Positions 14,720 through 29,130 are shown, numbered from the stretch's first letter. The stretch: 64,000 nt of DNA from Octopus vulgaris (GCA_951406725.2 OX597822.1:43772001-43836000), one strand, 5' to 3'. The notes: generated by a model from the letters alone, not told the origin. Made by a program: numbers and translations.

Positions 14720-14800
14720 TTATATATATACATATATGCATGTATTCATAGAGGGATAGATTTAGAGATAATTACACATATATCTATGTCTATATCTCTA

Positions 14801-14864
<64 letters not shown>

Positions 14865-15052
14865 CATACATACATATATATATATATACATACATATATT
14901 TAGATATACATATATATACATATATACGCATATACATATATTGATATATACTCGGACGCATACGTATATATAGATGTTTCTATGTATATGGCTATGTATC
15001 AGATATATCTGTATATGTATATATATATCTGTGTTTCTTCGCGTGCGTGCGT

Positions 15053-15114
<62 letters not shown>

Positions 15115-15371
15115 ATGTGCGTGTGTGTTTACCGTGAAAGCCAGTCTGATGACTCTAATATTTATGCGGCAAGCTTGAATAAGAAATGTGTGAAGCTGAG
15201 AATAAAGTATCTACTTTATATATGTCTGCTGTGATGTTTTCTGCTTTAAAAGCCTTGTCTTAATGAGAGAAATCGTGTGAAGTAGGATTTTTCCGCCATG
15301 TTTTTACATCGGAATGAATTTGTTGCTTCTCCCTCCTCTCACTCTCTATCTCTGTCTCTCTTCCTCTCTTC

Positions 15372-15408
<37 letters not shown>

Positions 15409-15610
15409 ATATATATATATATATATATATAACAACCACATGTGTATATAAACAAACTTATGTTTGTTTTATAGAAGCGTCGAATGTGTAGCGTACGATG
15501 CAAACAAAAGTGACATCTCGAGCTCAGTGTTACCGTTAAAACAGCAGAAAAATTGGGCATTATCACACTTACATATACATACATACATACACACACACAC
15601 GCGCGCGCGC

Positions 15611-15646
<36 letters not shown>

Positions 15647-15650
<4 letters not shown>

Positions 15651-16705
15651 GTCATCCCATAAATAATGCTGTTTTTTAACTTTTATTTTTCAAAATTAAC
15701 ATTTTTTTAATATAAAACATTCTCTCCTTCGTCTTCTATAATACTCTTCTATGTATCTGGTAGACTAGCAAGGCTCCTCTTTCAAAATTCACTTTTTTGT
15801 GACGAAATAAGCACCTCCAGCACCTCATCTACAGAATATTTTTTCATATTTTTTTTCGTCCAAATGATTTTGAAGGCTCAGACACTGTCCGACGAATATG
15901 GTGCGTGGGGCATCGTTTCCCATTCAAGCTGCTTCTGCCGTTGGAATGTCATCCTTTCTCTATGTGGCCAAGCATCATCCTGATGGAATTACACCTTTCG
16001 TCTTGAAACCAAAGAGGGATGTTTTTCTTCTAGCGTTGACTTCAGTCACTCAAGTTGCGCGAAATAGATCTCCTTAGTTATCGTTTGGTTTGGGTTTAAA
16101 GGTTCGAATTGGGCTAAACCTTTCATATCAATCACTCTCTGTGCGCGATTAGATTCGAGAAGTTTCTGAGGAACCCACTGACCCAACTTGATGACTTTTG
16201 CGATGGCACGCAAGTGTCGACGAATGGTTGAATGACCAAATCCCAGAGTCTCTGCTAGGTCCTCAACAATTACGACGGCGTTTTGTTCCACTAGGGTTTT
16301 CCAGGACGTCTTGGTCGAGCTCTATAGATCTTCCAGGACGAGATTCATCTTCTAGATTTTATTTTCTGCCTCGGAATTTCTAGAACCACCGTTGACACAG
16401 GCATACGCTTATTGTCCGATCCCCATATACTGCATTAATTTTCCTTGCACTTTCCAATGTGATCATGCCTTTATTGAACTCATGAAGGAAAATATGCCGA
16501 ATGTGCTCCTTTGCCACTTCCATTATAGCTTTGAAAATATAACTTTCAAAATCGAACTGCACTCTTCAAAACTTGCATTAAGACTAAATGCAAAGTAAAA
16601 TTACTACCTGCTTTTACAGCAAGTTGATGCAGATAGTTTATCTCAGCACCTTCCGACTTTTAGTTCATGCAATTGAAAAAACCCCGCATTATTTATGGGA
16701 TGACC

Positions 16706-16708
<3 letters not shown>
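15647..16708 (-). mobile_element. Mariner element, internally deleted
   Basis: 23-bp TIRs TTGGGTCATCCCATAAATAATGC at both ends inside (TA)n. Transposase pieces KEHIRHIFLHEF and LGQWVPQKL. Confidence 0.92.
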
Positions 16709-16744
<36 letters not shown>

Positions 16745-17214
16745 AAAAAATACAAAATGGGACAAGAACGCAAAACATTTAGAAGACGATACAAAAAATA
16801 CGGACGGGACATTCGAAGCCTTCAATCTTCAGTCAAGAACCGGATCATCCGCAATTTCGGCTGATTTGGGGACGGTCATTTTGCCAATAGACACATACAC
16901 TATTCCTTTGACCTTCAATTTAGCTTTATTATTATCCTTGTTTATTTACTTGTCGGAGTTCTTTCATCACATATTCCGTGACCTTTTCAACGACTATCAA
17001 TTCTTCGTGTCTCCCCTCCGGTCTTGTCCTGCCTCTTCCATCTTGTTTTTCTCTCAGTTCAAGCCATGAAAATAATTGTCGCTTGATTTGAAACCTTGTG
17101 TTTGTGTGTGTTTGTGTGTGTATGTATATATGTATATAGTGATTGGAAACACTTAAGGAAACTGAATAGGCAGGTCTTCAGAGAAGAAACACACCGTTAG
17201 GCAAGTGTTTCGGC

Positions 17215-17255
<41 letters not shown>

Positions 17256-17261
17256 TATATG

Positions 17262-17307
<46 letters not shown>

Positions 17308-17396
17308 TATAAAATTAATTAAGGCTAAAAATTGATATTAGTCAATTAAAACCAGTGGTCTAGCATATTAAAAAGAATCCGAAGATTAAAATATTT

Positions 17397-17631
17397 ATAT
17401 ATACCAATTAAGGACTGAGCAGGAAAAGTGGACAGTCAACATGCTAGATATAGACGTCAAATCGCCATTCTCCACAAAGAGTATGTTCTCAAATAAAACT
17501 CAGCACAAAACCAAAGCATTAAACAAGACAAGTGGTGAGCTTATTTGAGAACATACTCTTTGTGGAGAATGGCGATTTGACGTCTATATCTAGCATGTTG
17601 ACTGTCCACTTTTCGTGCTCAGTCCTTAATT

Positions 17632-17640
<9 letters not shown>
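17397..17640. repeat. Inverted repeat, ~100-bp arms with ~44-bp spacer
   Basis: 17397-17496 is the reverse complement of 17541-17640. Ends in (TA)n. Confidence 0.92.
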
Positions 17641-17683
<43 letters not shown>

Positions 17684-18337
17684 TATATATGTGTGTGTGC
17701 CCGTGTCTGTGTATGCATGTATATATCCAATTAAATTGGTAGACACATTTTCAGATCTGCGAAAAGAGAATTAATATTTAAAAAAATGAAAAAAATAATT
17801 TACGTCAAGATTTTTGCCGTGCAATTATTTCTGAGATTATTTTCTCTTCTTTATTTTTCAATAAATTCTGATTTAACAGTGCACATTTTCGAACCGGCAA
17901 CAATACGTCAGGCAAACAAACATAGCAACAATAAATGTGACCAAAATCTTCATATTGGAATATATATCTAGATAGGGAAAAATGAACAATAAATGAGTCT
18001 TTGATTTCTTGAAATTCCTCAGAGTCACACATTTAGAAAATGATAAATATTATCAACTCCCTCCGGACCAGCAATTATTAAGGTATTTAAGTGTTACCGT
18101 TTCCCTCTGACAGACGATGTACTAGTAGGCCGTTACAGGTTGAAGGTCTATCTCTCAACGTTAAGAAACATTGGGTTTGGTGGTGGGGCTGCCGTGGGAG
18201 GAAATATTAGCTCTAGTTTTGGACATCAACATGGAATTCGAACTGAAAACGTAAAGCTCTGGAATAAACACTCATAAGATATTGCATCAGAACTCCCAAG
18301 TACGTCGTCAAACCACTGCAAAGAATTGCTAATATAT

Positions 18338-18569
18338 ATTTCTTTACAACCCACAAGGGGCTAAACACAGAAGGGACAAACAAGGACAGACAAAGGGATT
18401 AAGTCGATTATATCGACCCCAGTGCGTAACTGGTACTTAATTTATCGACCCCGAAAGGATGAAAGGTAAAGTCGACCTCGGCGGAATTTGAACTCACAAC
18501 GTAGCGGCAGACGAAATACGGCTACGCATTTCGCAAGGCGTGCTAACATTTCAGCCAGCTCGCCGCCTT
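18338..18569 (-). mobile_element. SINE family S1 with TSD
   Basis: 17-bp TSD AAGAATTGCTAATATAT at 18321 and 18570. Confidence 0.88.
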
Positions 18570-18742
18570 AAGAATTGCTAATATATTTATTCATTCCAGT
18601 AAAGAGCAACAGTCAAAGTTGATTTCAGCTGAATTTAAATTCATGTTCAGTGAATCGGGATGAATACCACGAGGTATAGCTGTTGTAGGTATTTTATCCA
18701 ATGCTGTAAAAATATTGTCAACTCAATTCCTTAAACAGTATT

Positions 18743-19378
18743 CTTTTCCACTCTAGGCACAAGACCCGAAATTTTGGAGGAGGGGACCAGTCGATTAGGT
18801 CGACCGCAGTACGCAACTGGTACTTAGTTTAACGACCCCAAAAATATGAAAGGCAAAGTCGACTTCGGTGCAATTTGAACTCAGAACGTAACGGCAGACG
18901 AAATACCACTAAGCATTTCGCCCGGCGTGCTAACGTTTCTGCCAGCTCACCGCCTTTTAAAAATATATTCTTTTCTACCTTAAGCACAAGACCCGAAATT
19001 TTTGGAGATGGGGTCAGTCGATTAGATTGATCCCAGTACGCAACTGGTGCTTAATTTATCGACCCCGAAAGGATGAAAGGCAAAAAGTCGACCTCGGCAG
19101 ATTTTGAACTCAGAACGGAAAAGACAGATGAAATACCTATTTCTATTTCTTTACTACCCACAAGGGGCTAAACCACAGAGAGGACAAACAAGGACAGACA
19201 AACGGATTATGTCGATTACATCGACCCCAGTGCGCAACTGGTACTTAATTTATCGACCCCGAAATGATGAAAGGCAAAGTCGACCTCGGCGGAATTTGAA
19301 CTCAGAACGTAACGGCAGACGAAATACGGCTACGCATTTCGTCCGGCGTGCTAACGTTTCTGCTAGCTCGCCGCCTTA
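18743..19378 (-). mobile_element. Three head-to-tail SINE S1 copies
   Basis: Three successive S1 bodies. CCTTAAACAGTATT is repeated at 18729 and 19382. Confidence 0.82.
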
Positions 19379-19907
19379 GTGCCTTAAACAGTATTAGCAT
19401 AGAACTAAAACTACATTTTGCGGGTTTTCTTTATGTATATATTGTTCTATGCGTTGCTCTGTTACTTCTAAGAATTTCCATTGTTGATTGATAGGAATTA
19501 ATGCGGTGGCTCGCTCGGCAAGAAATGGAAGCGTTATTTCACGCAGATAACAACCTACCGTTAAAACAATAACAAAAGGGCAAACCTGGAATTGGAGAGT
19601 TGGATATATTGGGAGAAAACAGAAATATCGTGTTGGGAATGACTCTGATCACAAATCTCGTCGAAGTGCGAAGTTATGGAGCAAAGCATCACCAAAAATA
19701 GCAAGAACAGCAACAACAACAACAACAACATCAACAATATCACCAATAACAGCAGCAGCAGGTACAGACGGAACGACATCAAGAGTAAAAGATGTAACAA
19801 CAACAACGAAAACTGCATAAGAAGAATGAATATCTTTTCCAAAACAATAAATATATATATTTTAAAGTAATAGCGCTTTCGCAGAAAACGGTAAGTGGTG
19901 TGATAAT

Positions 19908-20382
19908 CAGTATGTATGTATGTATGTATGTATGTATGTATGTATGTATGTATGTATGTATGTATGTATGCATGCATGTATGTATGCATGTATGTATGTA
20001 TGTGTGTAGGTGTGTATGTGTGTATGTGTGTATATATATATGTATGTATGTATGCATGTATACGCGTATTTGTGTACGTATGTATGTGTGTGTATGTATA
20101 TATGTATGTATGTGTGTACATGTATGTATGTGTGTGTGTATATGTATGTATGTATGTATGTATGTGTGTATGTATGTATGTATGTTTGTATGTATGTATA
20201 TATGTATGTATGTATATATATATGTATGTATGTGTGCGTATGTATATATGTATGTATGTGTCTATGTATGTGTGTATATATGTGTGTAGATGTATGTGTG
20301 TCTGTATGTATGCATGTGTGAATGTATGTGTATGTATGTGTGTATGTGCGTATGTATGTATGTTTTCTGTATGAATGAGTGC

Positions 20383-20477
<95 letters not shown>

Positions 20478-20585
20478 CATATATACATATATACATGCAT
20501 ATATACATATATGAATGCGTGCTTATATCTGCATTTATATGTATGCATAAGTGCGTGTATATATATGTGTGTGTGTGTGTGTGTG
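19908..20585. repeat. Compound (TATG)n/(TA)n/(TG)n microsatellite
   Basis: Direct reading. Similar tracts occur throughout, e.g. 9727-9860, 10725-11710, 12628-12828, 54209-54343, 61385-61672. Confidence 0.97.
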
Positions 20586-20912
20586 AAAACTACCAGTTCA
20601 AAGTAAAATCTATAACGAAGATATCTATCCAAATGAGATAGGGAAAAAATCACAAAGAAATTGTTGAGAAGAAGCCATATATAAAACAAAGAATGGAAAG
20701 CATTCTACGTTAAAGTAACAAAAAGTTATGGAATTGAGGGAAAAAAAAAACTTGTGTTTTAAGGAAAGAGAAACCCGTGATAAAAATGTTTTATAGAAAA
20801 ACTTTTCGGAAAGTTTTTAAAAGTTTCAAACTTCTAGAGGAGGGACTATAATTCATAATTATCACTTTAAAGCATCTCTAAGCAATATTAAATAATGTCT
20901 AGACGTTGCTCT

Positions 20913-20939
20913 TGTAGTAGTAGCAGAAGCAGCAGTTGC

Positions 20940-20986
<47 letters not shown>

Positions 20987-21212
20987 CAGCAACATTAGTA
21001 GTAGTAGTAGCAGTAGTAGTAGCAATAGTAGTAGTAGCAGTAGTAGTAGTAGCAGTAGTAGTACTAGCAGTATTAGTACAAAGATTAGTAGTAGTAGTAC
21101 TACGAGTAGTAGTAGTACTACGAGTAGTAGTAGTAGTAGTACGTGTAGTAGTACTAGTAGTTGTAGTAGTAGTAGTAGTAGCAGCAGCACTATCAGCAAC
21201 AGTAGTAGTACC
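20913..21212. repeat. (GTA)n/(GCA)n trinucleotide repeat
   Basis: Direct reading. Confidence 0.97.
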
Positions 21213-21799
21213 AGTGGCAGTTATCATCATACATGGAGGTTTTGGTTCTATTAGAAGAGTGATAAATATTGATTTCAGATTTTTGGCACAAGGCCAGCAA
21301 TTTCGAGGCTAGGATAGGTCGATTTGATCGACCTCCGTGTTCAAGTGGTACTTATTTTTTAGTCCACAAAAGTTTGAAAGCCAAAATCGAATTTGGTAGA
21401 ATTTGAACTCAGAAGACGGACAAAATGCCGCTAAGTATTTTGTTAAACATGCCAACGATTCTGCCAGCTCGCTGCTTTAAGATCCGTAAATATTAATGGT
21501 AATTATGGTCAACTTCATACTTAATGAGAACATTTGTAATTTGAGTATTTTATAGTGTATGGTAGTCGTATAAATTTTTGTGTTTTACAAGATTTTTGAT
21601 AATTCATTCATCTCTTATGCATAGCTATTGAGGAAGAAGCTTCCTTAGCAATCACAGGGTTGCGGGTTTAAATACTAAGCTTTGAAAATAAGTGATAGGC
21701 AGTCGATTTGATCGGACAGATCCCTTCATGGTTGCTCCACCATGGCGGCAGTCCAATGACTAAAAGAAGTAAAAGATAAAACATAAAACATTTTTGGTA

Positions 21800-22660
21800 A
21801 AGTACATTTCTATTTACGAATCAATTCTTCATAATAGAAGTGGCTACTTGCTGACAAAAGACGGGAAGACACGCTGGACAAATTGTGATTTTATAGTCAA
21901 TTTTCCTTAAAATTTATTACCACATCCGAAATTTAAATCAAATACCAGCCGAAAAGAATGGGAAATCAGAATTGATTTTAACAATGATTAAGATAAAGTT
22001 ACCAAAGAAGCTGATAAGTTTAGTGCTGAAGTTGTTATGAACTTGGAATACTATATAAACACATTTCACTAATTCTTCGTTGTGAGAACACTTACAATGA
22101 AAAGGTTATGAATTACTAGTCCTAAGTAATGAATAAACTTACTACCTTCATCCAACTTTCCCAAAAGGAACTAATGTGATACGAAAATGACTATTTAACG
22201 AGATAGGACTGTAAAACCGGCAACGAACTTCCAAATGGCCATAAGAGCAAAACAATAAACCAAGAGTGTAGATCAGCCTTACAGGTTAATAATATACCCC
22301 GTTCAAAGATCTCATATTACGACGAAATACAGTAGGCCTGTTCTGTGGCAATAAGTAAGTCAGGGCAAACATTCAACATCCAAGGACATTTCAAGGTGAA
22401 ATTTAAATTATGTCATCGAATTTGGTGGAGACTACATAGGACAAACGAGCTTGACTATGAGAACAGAATAACGGTAAACTGGCAACCGATTCGAGACTCC
22501 ACGACTTGGAAAATTTCTGAGTAAACATTTAGATCTGTTCTCCACGAACAAACATCCTAGATACCAAATCTCTCCTGTATATGAATGCATCTCAAACGCT
22601 TCAACTCAATTCCTATTAAATAAGGAAAATATATTTATTAAGGAATATAAACAACCATAA
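21800..22660 (+). pseudogene. Highly decayed Penelope-like ORF 3' end
   Basis: YIGQT motif (TAC ATA GGA CAA ACG at 22433) in A-rich broken coding-like sequence. Boundaries are approximate. Confidence 0.5.
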
Positions 22661-24425
22661 AATATTCTATGACAACACAGGAGAATAACGACAAAAATGA
22701 AACTAAAGGTGATGTAACAGATTTCCTTTGGGGATTTGAAACCCTAATTTCAAATTCTTGTACAATTATATCTTGCACGTTCTGAACACTCTGACTTTGT
22801 CCTATGTTTTAAAAATTAGGTTTTACGTCTGTAAAAAGAAAATTATGATACCAAATCATGTAACTGCTTCAGAGAATCACCCAACCAGAAAGCGGTACAA
22901 CCAACAGAAAAAAAAAGTTAAGAAGGCATTTCACAAAGAAATGACGTATACAGAGAATCGACCGACAAGAGCCCTAGATCACTATTGGTCAAAATCAAAT
23001 GAACAAATGACGCCATCAGGAAGTCAAACAACGAGAACGCTGGGTTACTGACAAAGCAAAATATGTGAACAGAACATGCAAGAAACAAGTGATGCCTCCA
23101 GACCGTCAGTCAACCAAAACACAAGCTCACAGGAGGGAAAAAAACAAGTTGTGTCGTTAAGTTTATAACCAATCACAACTTAAAACTATTTCTTAAAACC
23201 TATATATACAAGCAATTTCAACTAAAAACAGTTTAGGTTCTCAACAGTAAGACAAGCGACGAAGGATTCTCCCTCATGTAAAGCGTAAATAATACTCTTT
23301 TTTCTACTTTTCCTAGATTGTTAAAACTTCATCGTATCTAATTATTAATATAATTTATTGCTTTCAATATTTCAAAACTGAATCATGTGTGATTGTTACG
23401 AGATTCAACGAACGTTTGAACTTCTATTTTATTGTGTTACTGTGAAATCTTTTTAATATTATAATTTGTTTAAATCTTAAATGTTATTAAAGCATGTTTT
23501 ACCGAATATTGTCTTATAACTTCAATCTCAATTTAAGCATTATTTTTTTTATTTTACCATTGAAAAACAAAGTTGACCTTTTTAATAATTTGTCAAGAAA
23601 ATTGAAAACTATAATGCGTTTTGATACACTTGTGCATATTCAACTCCAAATCTAACTCTCCAATACTCTTTCTTGAGTGAGAATAAACCACCTCTCTCTC
23701 CCCCCTCTCTCTCTCTCTCATACATACATACAAACATACATTATATATAGTTATATTTATCTTACGAAATATATAGATTGCTTAAAAGATCCCAAGTCGA
23801 ACCTGAAACGTTAGGCAGATGTAAATAATAAAATAAAAACTATAAAAGATAAAAGGAAAAATGTAGATTAGGTAAACCACGACCAACACATACATTTGCG
23901 GATTTGATCAAAATAAAAATCGTTCAAAATTAAAACATATATTAAGGCATCGAACATGGAAAATATAGGATTATCAAAAATATACATAAATATAGTTGTA
24001 TATAAATATAAATGTAGAAATATAATAATAATATAGCAAAAGATAAGAACGTTTTAAAAAGATTTGAAAAGATTTCAAAATTTAATAATAAGCGTCTAAT
24101 AAGGTTTCGGGTTAATTTCAAAACTCCGCAAAATATAACCAGTTAGACTATCGGTCGTGAATTTTTCAGTGTGAACAACCTACATGGTTCACACGAAAGA
24201 GGCTCAAGGATTAAATATCCAAAAGCTAAAACCTGGGTATGTGGATATCCTAAACTGCATAATATTATATTTTATGCTGTTCAATGTATCAATTTTTTTC
24301 CGTTTTCGTCGCATAATGTTTGTCTCTGTCATCTTGGAGTTGCACGGTGGATTAATTTAAGAGTTTAGCTCTTATTTCTAGCCGGTGTATGCTTTTAAGC
24401 ATCATTACGCTTCGTGAAAATTTAT

Positions 24426-24456
<31 letters not shown>

Positions 24457-24465
24457 AAATATATA

Positions 24466-24496
<31 letters not shown>

Positions 24497-24499
24497 GTA

Positions 24500-24803
24500 T
24501 ATCACGGGATCACGGGACCGACTAGACCATCAGATGTTGTTACACATCGCAGGTCACAATGCGTTCGCATTGTTTTAGCCTTCAAATGACGTCACCCCGC
24601 TGGCTAAGCGAGCAGGCCAACAGAAGAAAGAGTGGGAGAAAGAGTGGTGAAAGAGTACAGAAGGGATCACCACCCCCTGCCGGAAGCTCGTGGAGCTTTT
24701 AGGTGTTTTCGCTCAATAAACACTCACAACGCCCGGTCTGGGAATCGAAACCGCGATCCTGCGACCGCGAGTCCACTGCCCTAACCACTTGGCCATTGCG
24801 CCT
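24500..24803 (-). mobile_element. tRNA-derived SINE family S4
   Basis: Minus strand tggccaagtggttagggc...ttcgattccc. 3' fragment repeated at 37478-37597. Confidence 0.8.
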
Positions 24804-24804
24804 C

Positions 24805-24858
<54 letters not shown>

Positions 24859-24943
24859 TTAGAAACAAAACCACTATTTTGCAAAACAAACAAGGAAAGA
24901 CTTAATCAATACATAAAATTTTAATAAAAAGTCAAAAAAACCG

Positions 24944-24986
24944 CCACTACAATTGTTTCTTGTCCTGATCGACAATCTTCAGGTGG
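24944..24986 (-). ncRNA. Type I hammerhead ribozyme, family C
   Basis: Minus strand: ccac-CTGAAGA-TTGTC(gatcag)GACAA-GAAAC(aatt)GTA-gtgg. Palindromic stem III ACAATTGT. Lies in a ~170-bp insert between TA-rich tracts. Confidence 0.85.
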
Positions 24987-25040
24987 ACTTCCCATTTTCA
25001 AGTCAGTTTCAAATTATGAAGTATATATATATATTATGTA

Positions 25041-25071
<31 letters not shown>

Positions 25072-25147
25072 ATATATGCAAATATATATATATAAATTAT
25101 ACATATATGTATATATATATATGTAATTGTATAGGTACATGCAGGTA

Positions 25148-25207
<60 letters not shown>

Positions 25208-26064
25208 ATGTAATATATACCTTCGTATGAGTCTCTACAGTCACAGAAGTTCGTGATATGACGAACATATTAAACGACAAAGATAATGACAATTGTTTTT
25301 CACGTTAATGACAACTACAAGTTATTTACTATCTGCACAATTCTCTTTCCTCACGACGATCCACTCGTATATGTATTTAATGATTGTTCCGCAACTACTT
25401 CGTTCTCAAGTACTTGCCATTTCTCATGTACATGGCAAAATAATTTGAAAAATATGAATTATTGACCGGAATATTTTATATGTAATCATCTAATTATTTT
25501 TAATTGGCTTTTTAATATCGGCTGCATAAAATAAAGCTGCCTGTTTGCTTGTATATCTATTGTCTCATTCACCACAAATTCGCATTTAATTAACTTTTTA
25601 CTGAATCATGTATGATGTATGACATGTATGCATGTATGTACGTAAGTACGTACGTATGTATGTATGTATGTATGTATGTATGTATGTATGTATGTATGTA
25701 TGTATGTATGTATGAATCTATCTATCTATCTATCTATCTATCTATTTATCTATCTGTCTGTTTATCTATCTGTCCGTCTATCTACCTATCTACCTATATA
25801 TCTATCTATACCTCCATCCATCTCCTTCTCTATCTGTTTCCCTGTCTGTATTTATCTCTCTCTAACCATCTATATCAATACCGATGTATACATTTATGTA
25901 TGTATGTCTTAATCAAAAGTTTGTTTATTCTCTCTCTCGTGTTCATTCCTGTTGAAGAGCGTAGGCTCGAAACGTAAAAGATTTTCTCACCTTCCCGAGC
26001 GTTAAACAAATACACCTGTCTTCGCCTTTTCTTTTTCTGTAAATTTCAACTATATATATACATA

Positions 26065-26119
<55 letters not shown>

Positions 26120-26326
26120 AATCTTAACAAGAAATTATCAGGTAGTTAGCGTGAAAAACCTCATAAGAGATGCGTTAATTGTGAAATCACAGGTGATATA
26201 GAACTAAATTCAGTTTTTTAAATGTCTTGCTTCGGGAACTGCATTAGGTATGATTAGTTAAATTTTGGTAGTAATGACTTATGTCCCTCTTAGCGTGAGG
26301 CATTTATGTGTAATAATGCCCTCTAT

Positions 26327-26376
<50 letters not shown>

Positions 26377-26672
26377 CACATATATATAAATATGCATATA
26401 AACAGGGATACGCAATAACAAAGACTCACCCCCTCGCACACATACCCGTGTGTGTATAGTTGGTGAAAGACCAACTGAAAAACACAGAAAAAGCACGATG
26501 AGATAAGTTAATGTCTAAAATAATTATTTTAGAAACCAGATAAATGCAAGGAGTTGTTATGTTATTTACAGTGTTGTTCTTGCTGAGAATGGGGGTGTAA
26601 AAACAGAAAGAAGAGGATGAACGGTGAGGAATACCGTAAACAGAAAAAAAAATAGCCATGAGTATGGTTATT

Positions 26673-26718
<46 letters not shown>

Positions 26719-26884
26719 GATTATTCACTCTTTGACAAACCATATGATGGTATAATTGTTTTGAAACTTGGATTTTCTACACCAAAAGTATTCCGTCCTT
26801 CGCTTGGATCTCGATGGTGTTGATATCCCAGTATTCGGTTTGAGTACTTTGGTATTACCACAATTTTGCACCCAACTGACTTTA

Positions 26885-26961
<77 letters not shown>

Positions 26962-27282
26962 CAAATATATATGTGTGTGTGTGTGAGAGTTGTATATATA
27001 TATACAAACATACATTCAAATGCACACATGTTTTTGGGACGTCTTGAGAATTTTATAAACTATCGAAAGAACGTGAAAGGATTCGTTTTCATTATTCTTA
27101 TTTGATGACTGAATCTCGAGGCACATCACATGAATCTAGTTAATACCATATAAATATAGTCTTGGGAAATCCTTCTGGACTTCTGGACAGAGAAGTCTGA
27201 AGGCATTTGGACCCAATATTTATATGCTATTGATATCAATCTATTTATTATCTATCTATCCATCTATCTATACACTCACATG

Positions 27283-27344
<62 letters not shown>

Positions 27345-27520
27345 CGGGAAGCTTACGAAAATAAACAAAAGACGAAGGCAGGTGGAGTTCAAACAAACAA
27401 TTGTATTAGTATGGCGCTCAGGAATAGAAATAAAACAAGTCTTTTACGTTTCGAGCCTACGCTCTTCAACAGAAAGATATACAGAAAAGAAACTTGGAGA
27501 GAAACAAGGAGAGAAAAAAA
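27345..27520 (-). mobile_element. Short microsatellite-associated dispersed repeat (copies at 10590-10725 +, 25930-26050 +, 54352-54530 -)
   Basis: Shared ttgaagagcgtaggctcgaaacgtaaaag core. Each copy abuts a TA-rich tract. Confidence 0.8.
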
Positions 27521-27565
27521 TGGGTGCAGGACCTAACGATTTAACATGGCGGTCATATATATATG

Positions 27566-27793
27566 GCCGAGCTGGCAGAAACGTTAGTGCGCCGGGCGAA
27601 ATACGTAACCGTATTCGTCTGCCGCTATGTTCTGAGTTCAAATTCCGCCGAGGTCGACTTTGCCTTTCATTCTTTCGGGGTCGATAAATTAAGTACCAGT
27701 TACGCACTGGGGTTGATGTAATCGACTTAATACCTATGTCTGTCCTTGTTTGTCCCCTCTGTGTTTAGCCCCTTGTGGGTAATAAAGAAATAG
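27566..27793 (+). mobile_element. SINE family S1
   Basis: Close match to 2952-3184. Older copies at ~398-613, 5521-5720, 7190-7360, 21272-21477, 45008-45390 and 54760-54958. Confidence 0.85.
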
Positions 27794-27794
27794 G

Positions 27795-27863
<69 letters not shown>

Positions 27864-28269
27864 TGTCTTACTCGTTTCATCTCTGTGCACATGAGTTCGA
27901 ATCTCGACTACTCTCACCGGATAAAAATGCGTCCTTTGCAGTGCGGCGAAAACGGTAATAGAGCGCTTAATTATCAGTATATAACTTCCTTCAAACCATT
28001 TAAAAGGTTTTTATTTGTTTCATCTCCTATACCGGACAAAATTCTAACACAAGAACTGAAATATTCATGCATTGTTGAACAATGTGCAGACACACCAATT
28101 TTGAAATTTCCAACTTCGTAAAAATTAAAACATCTTTTGTTTACAAATTCCTGTGGAATCGCAAAATTCTGGTGGTTATGCTTTAAATGTGTCAAACAGT
28201 AAAATAAGCATTCTAAACTTACTAACACTATAAGACACTGCAATTCATCTAACAAGTTAAAAGTTATCT

Positions 28270-29130
28270 ATTATGACCCCAAAAGTAAATAATGGCCATT
28301 GCCAAAGAACGTCAGCTGTCGGAACTGTACTCAGGTTTTTGGTGCACGATGGCATTCCAAGTTGTATATACAGAGGAAAGGTCTATTCATATCTCCCAAT
28401 ACAGAGAGACCGTTTGCTCCATGGGAAGCGATTACTTAACAAGAGTAAAACCCCTCACGACCACCACAAGCTTTGGTTTTCTTACATGAGAAAAACTACC
28501 AAGCCCAAAGATATAATTGGGGAAAAGGCAGATAATTATGTTCATATACTAAGATTCCAGCAACTGTGATAGCTTTAGGAATGGTAAGTAACGAAGGTCC
28601 TCTCAGTTCACCTCAAATCTTTCTGCAGGGACTTAGATATTAGGCTGCCGAATAAGTTGAACTGCTGCAACAATTGTTAAGCCTTGGACGGAGGGAATAC
28701 GCATTTGAATGACATATATGTTTCAATAGGACTCGGTAATTTGTCTCAAAACCCACATGGCCCAAGAATGGGTGTCAGACAATCTTTACGATTATGTAAC
28801 ACCTAACGTGAAGCTTTCAAACTCACCAGATTTAAATCTCCAGGACTACTATGTTTGGAGCTTTGCTGAAAAGGAGATTAATCGGCATCCTCACAACATC
28901 ATAGCTTCACAGAAGGTCACCGTTATTCAGGTGATGTCCAAATGAATATGGACCATTCAATGCCGGCATATCGGCGATTCCGCTCTCGTGTTGAAACAGT
29001 CCTCGAAAGTAAAGAAAAATTCATAGAATAATCTTATCAAGAACATGTGCATATATTTGTATTAAAATACATTTGGTCTTTCGCAGGTTAGCTGTTGCAA
29101 AAAATTGCCAAATATGTCCTCAAATATCTC
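28270..29130 (+). mobile_element. Tc1/mariner-superfamily (DDD-type) transposase fossil
   Basis: NSPDLNLQDYYVWS motif in ORF 28757-28945. Many stops; ends are approximate. Confidence 0.72.

Noticed and set aside
15140-15290. CTGATGA followed by a distant GAAA
   Set aside because: Could not build consistent stems I and III.
19561-20689. Long ORFs of 260-315 aa (and the many YI/HT/CV-repeat ORFs across the window)
   Set aside because: Translations of TA/TG/TATG microsatellites that lack stop codons.
20862-21254. Poly-Thr/Ser/Leu ORFs
   Set aside because: (GTA)n repeat that is open in several frames, with no splice or domain evidence.
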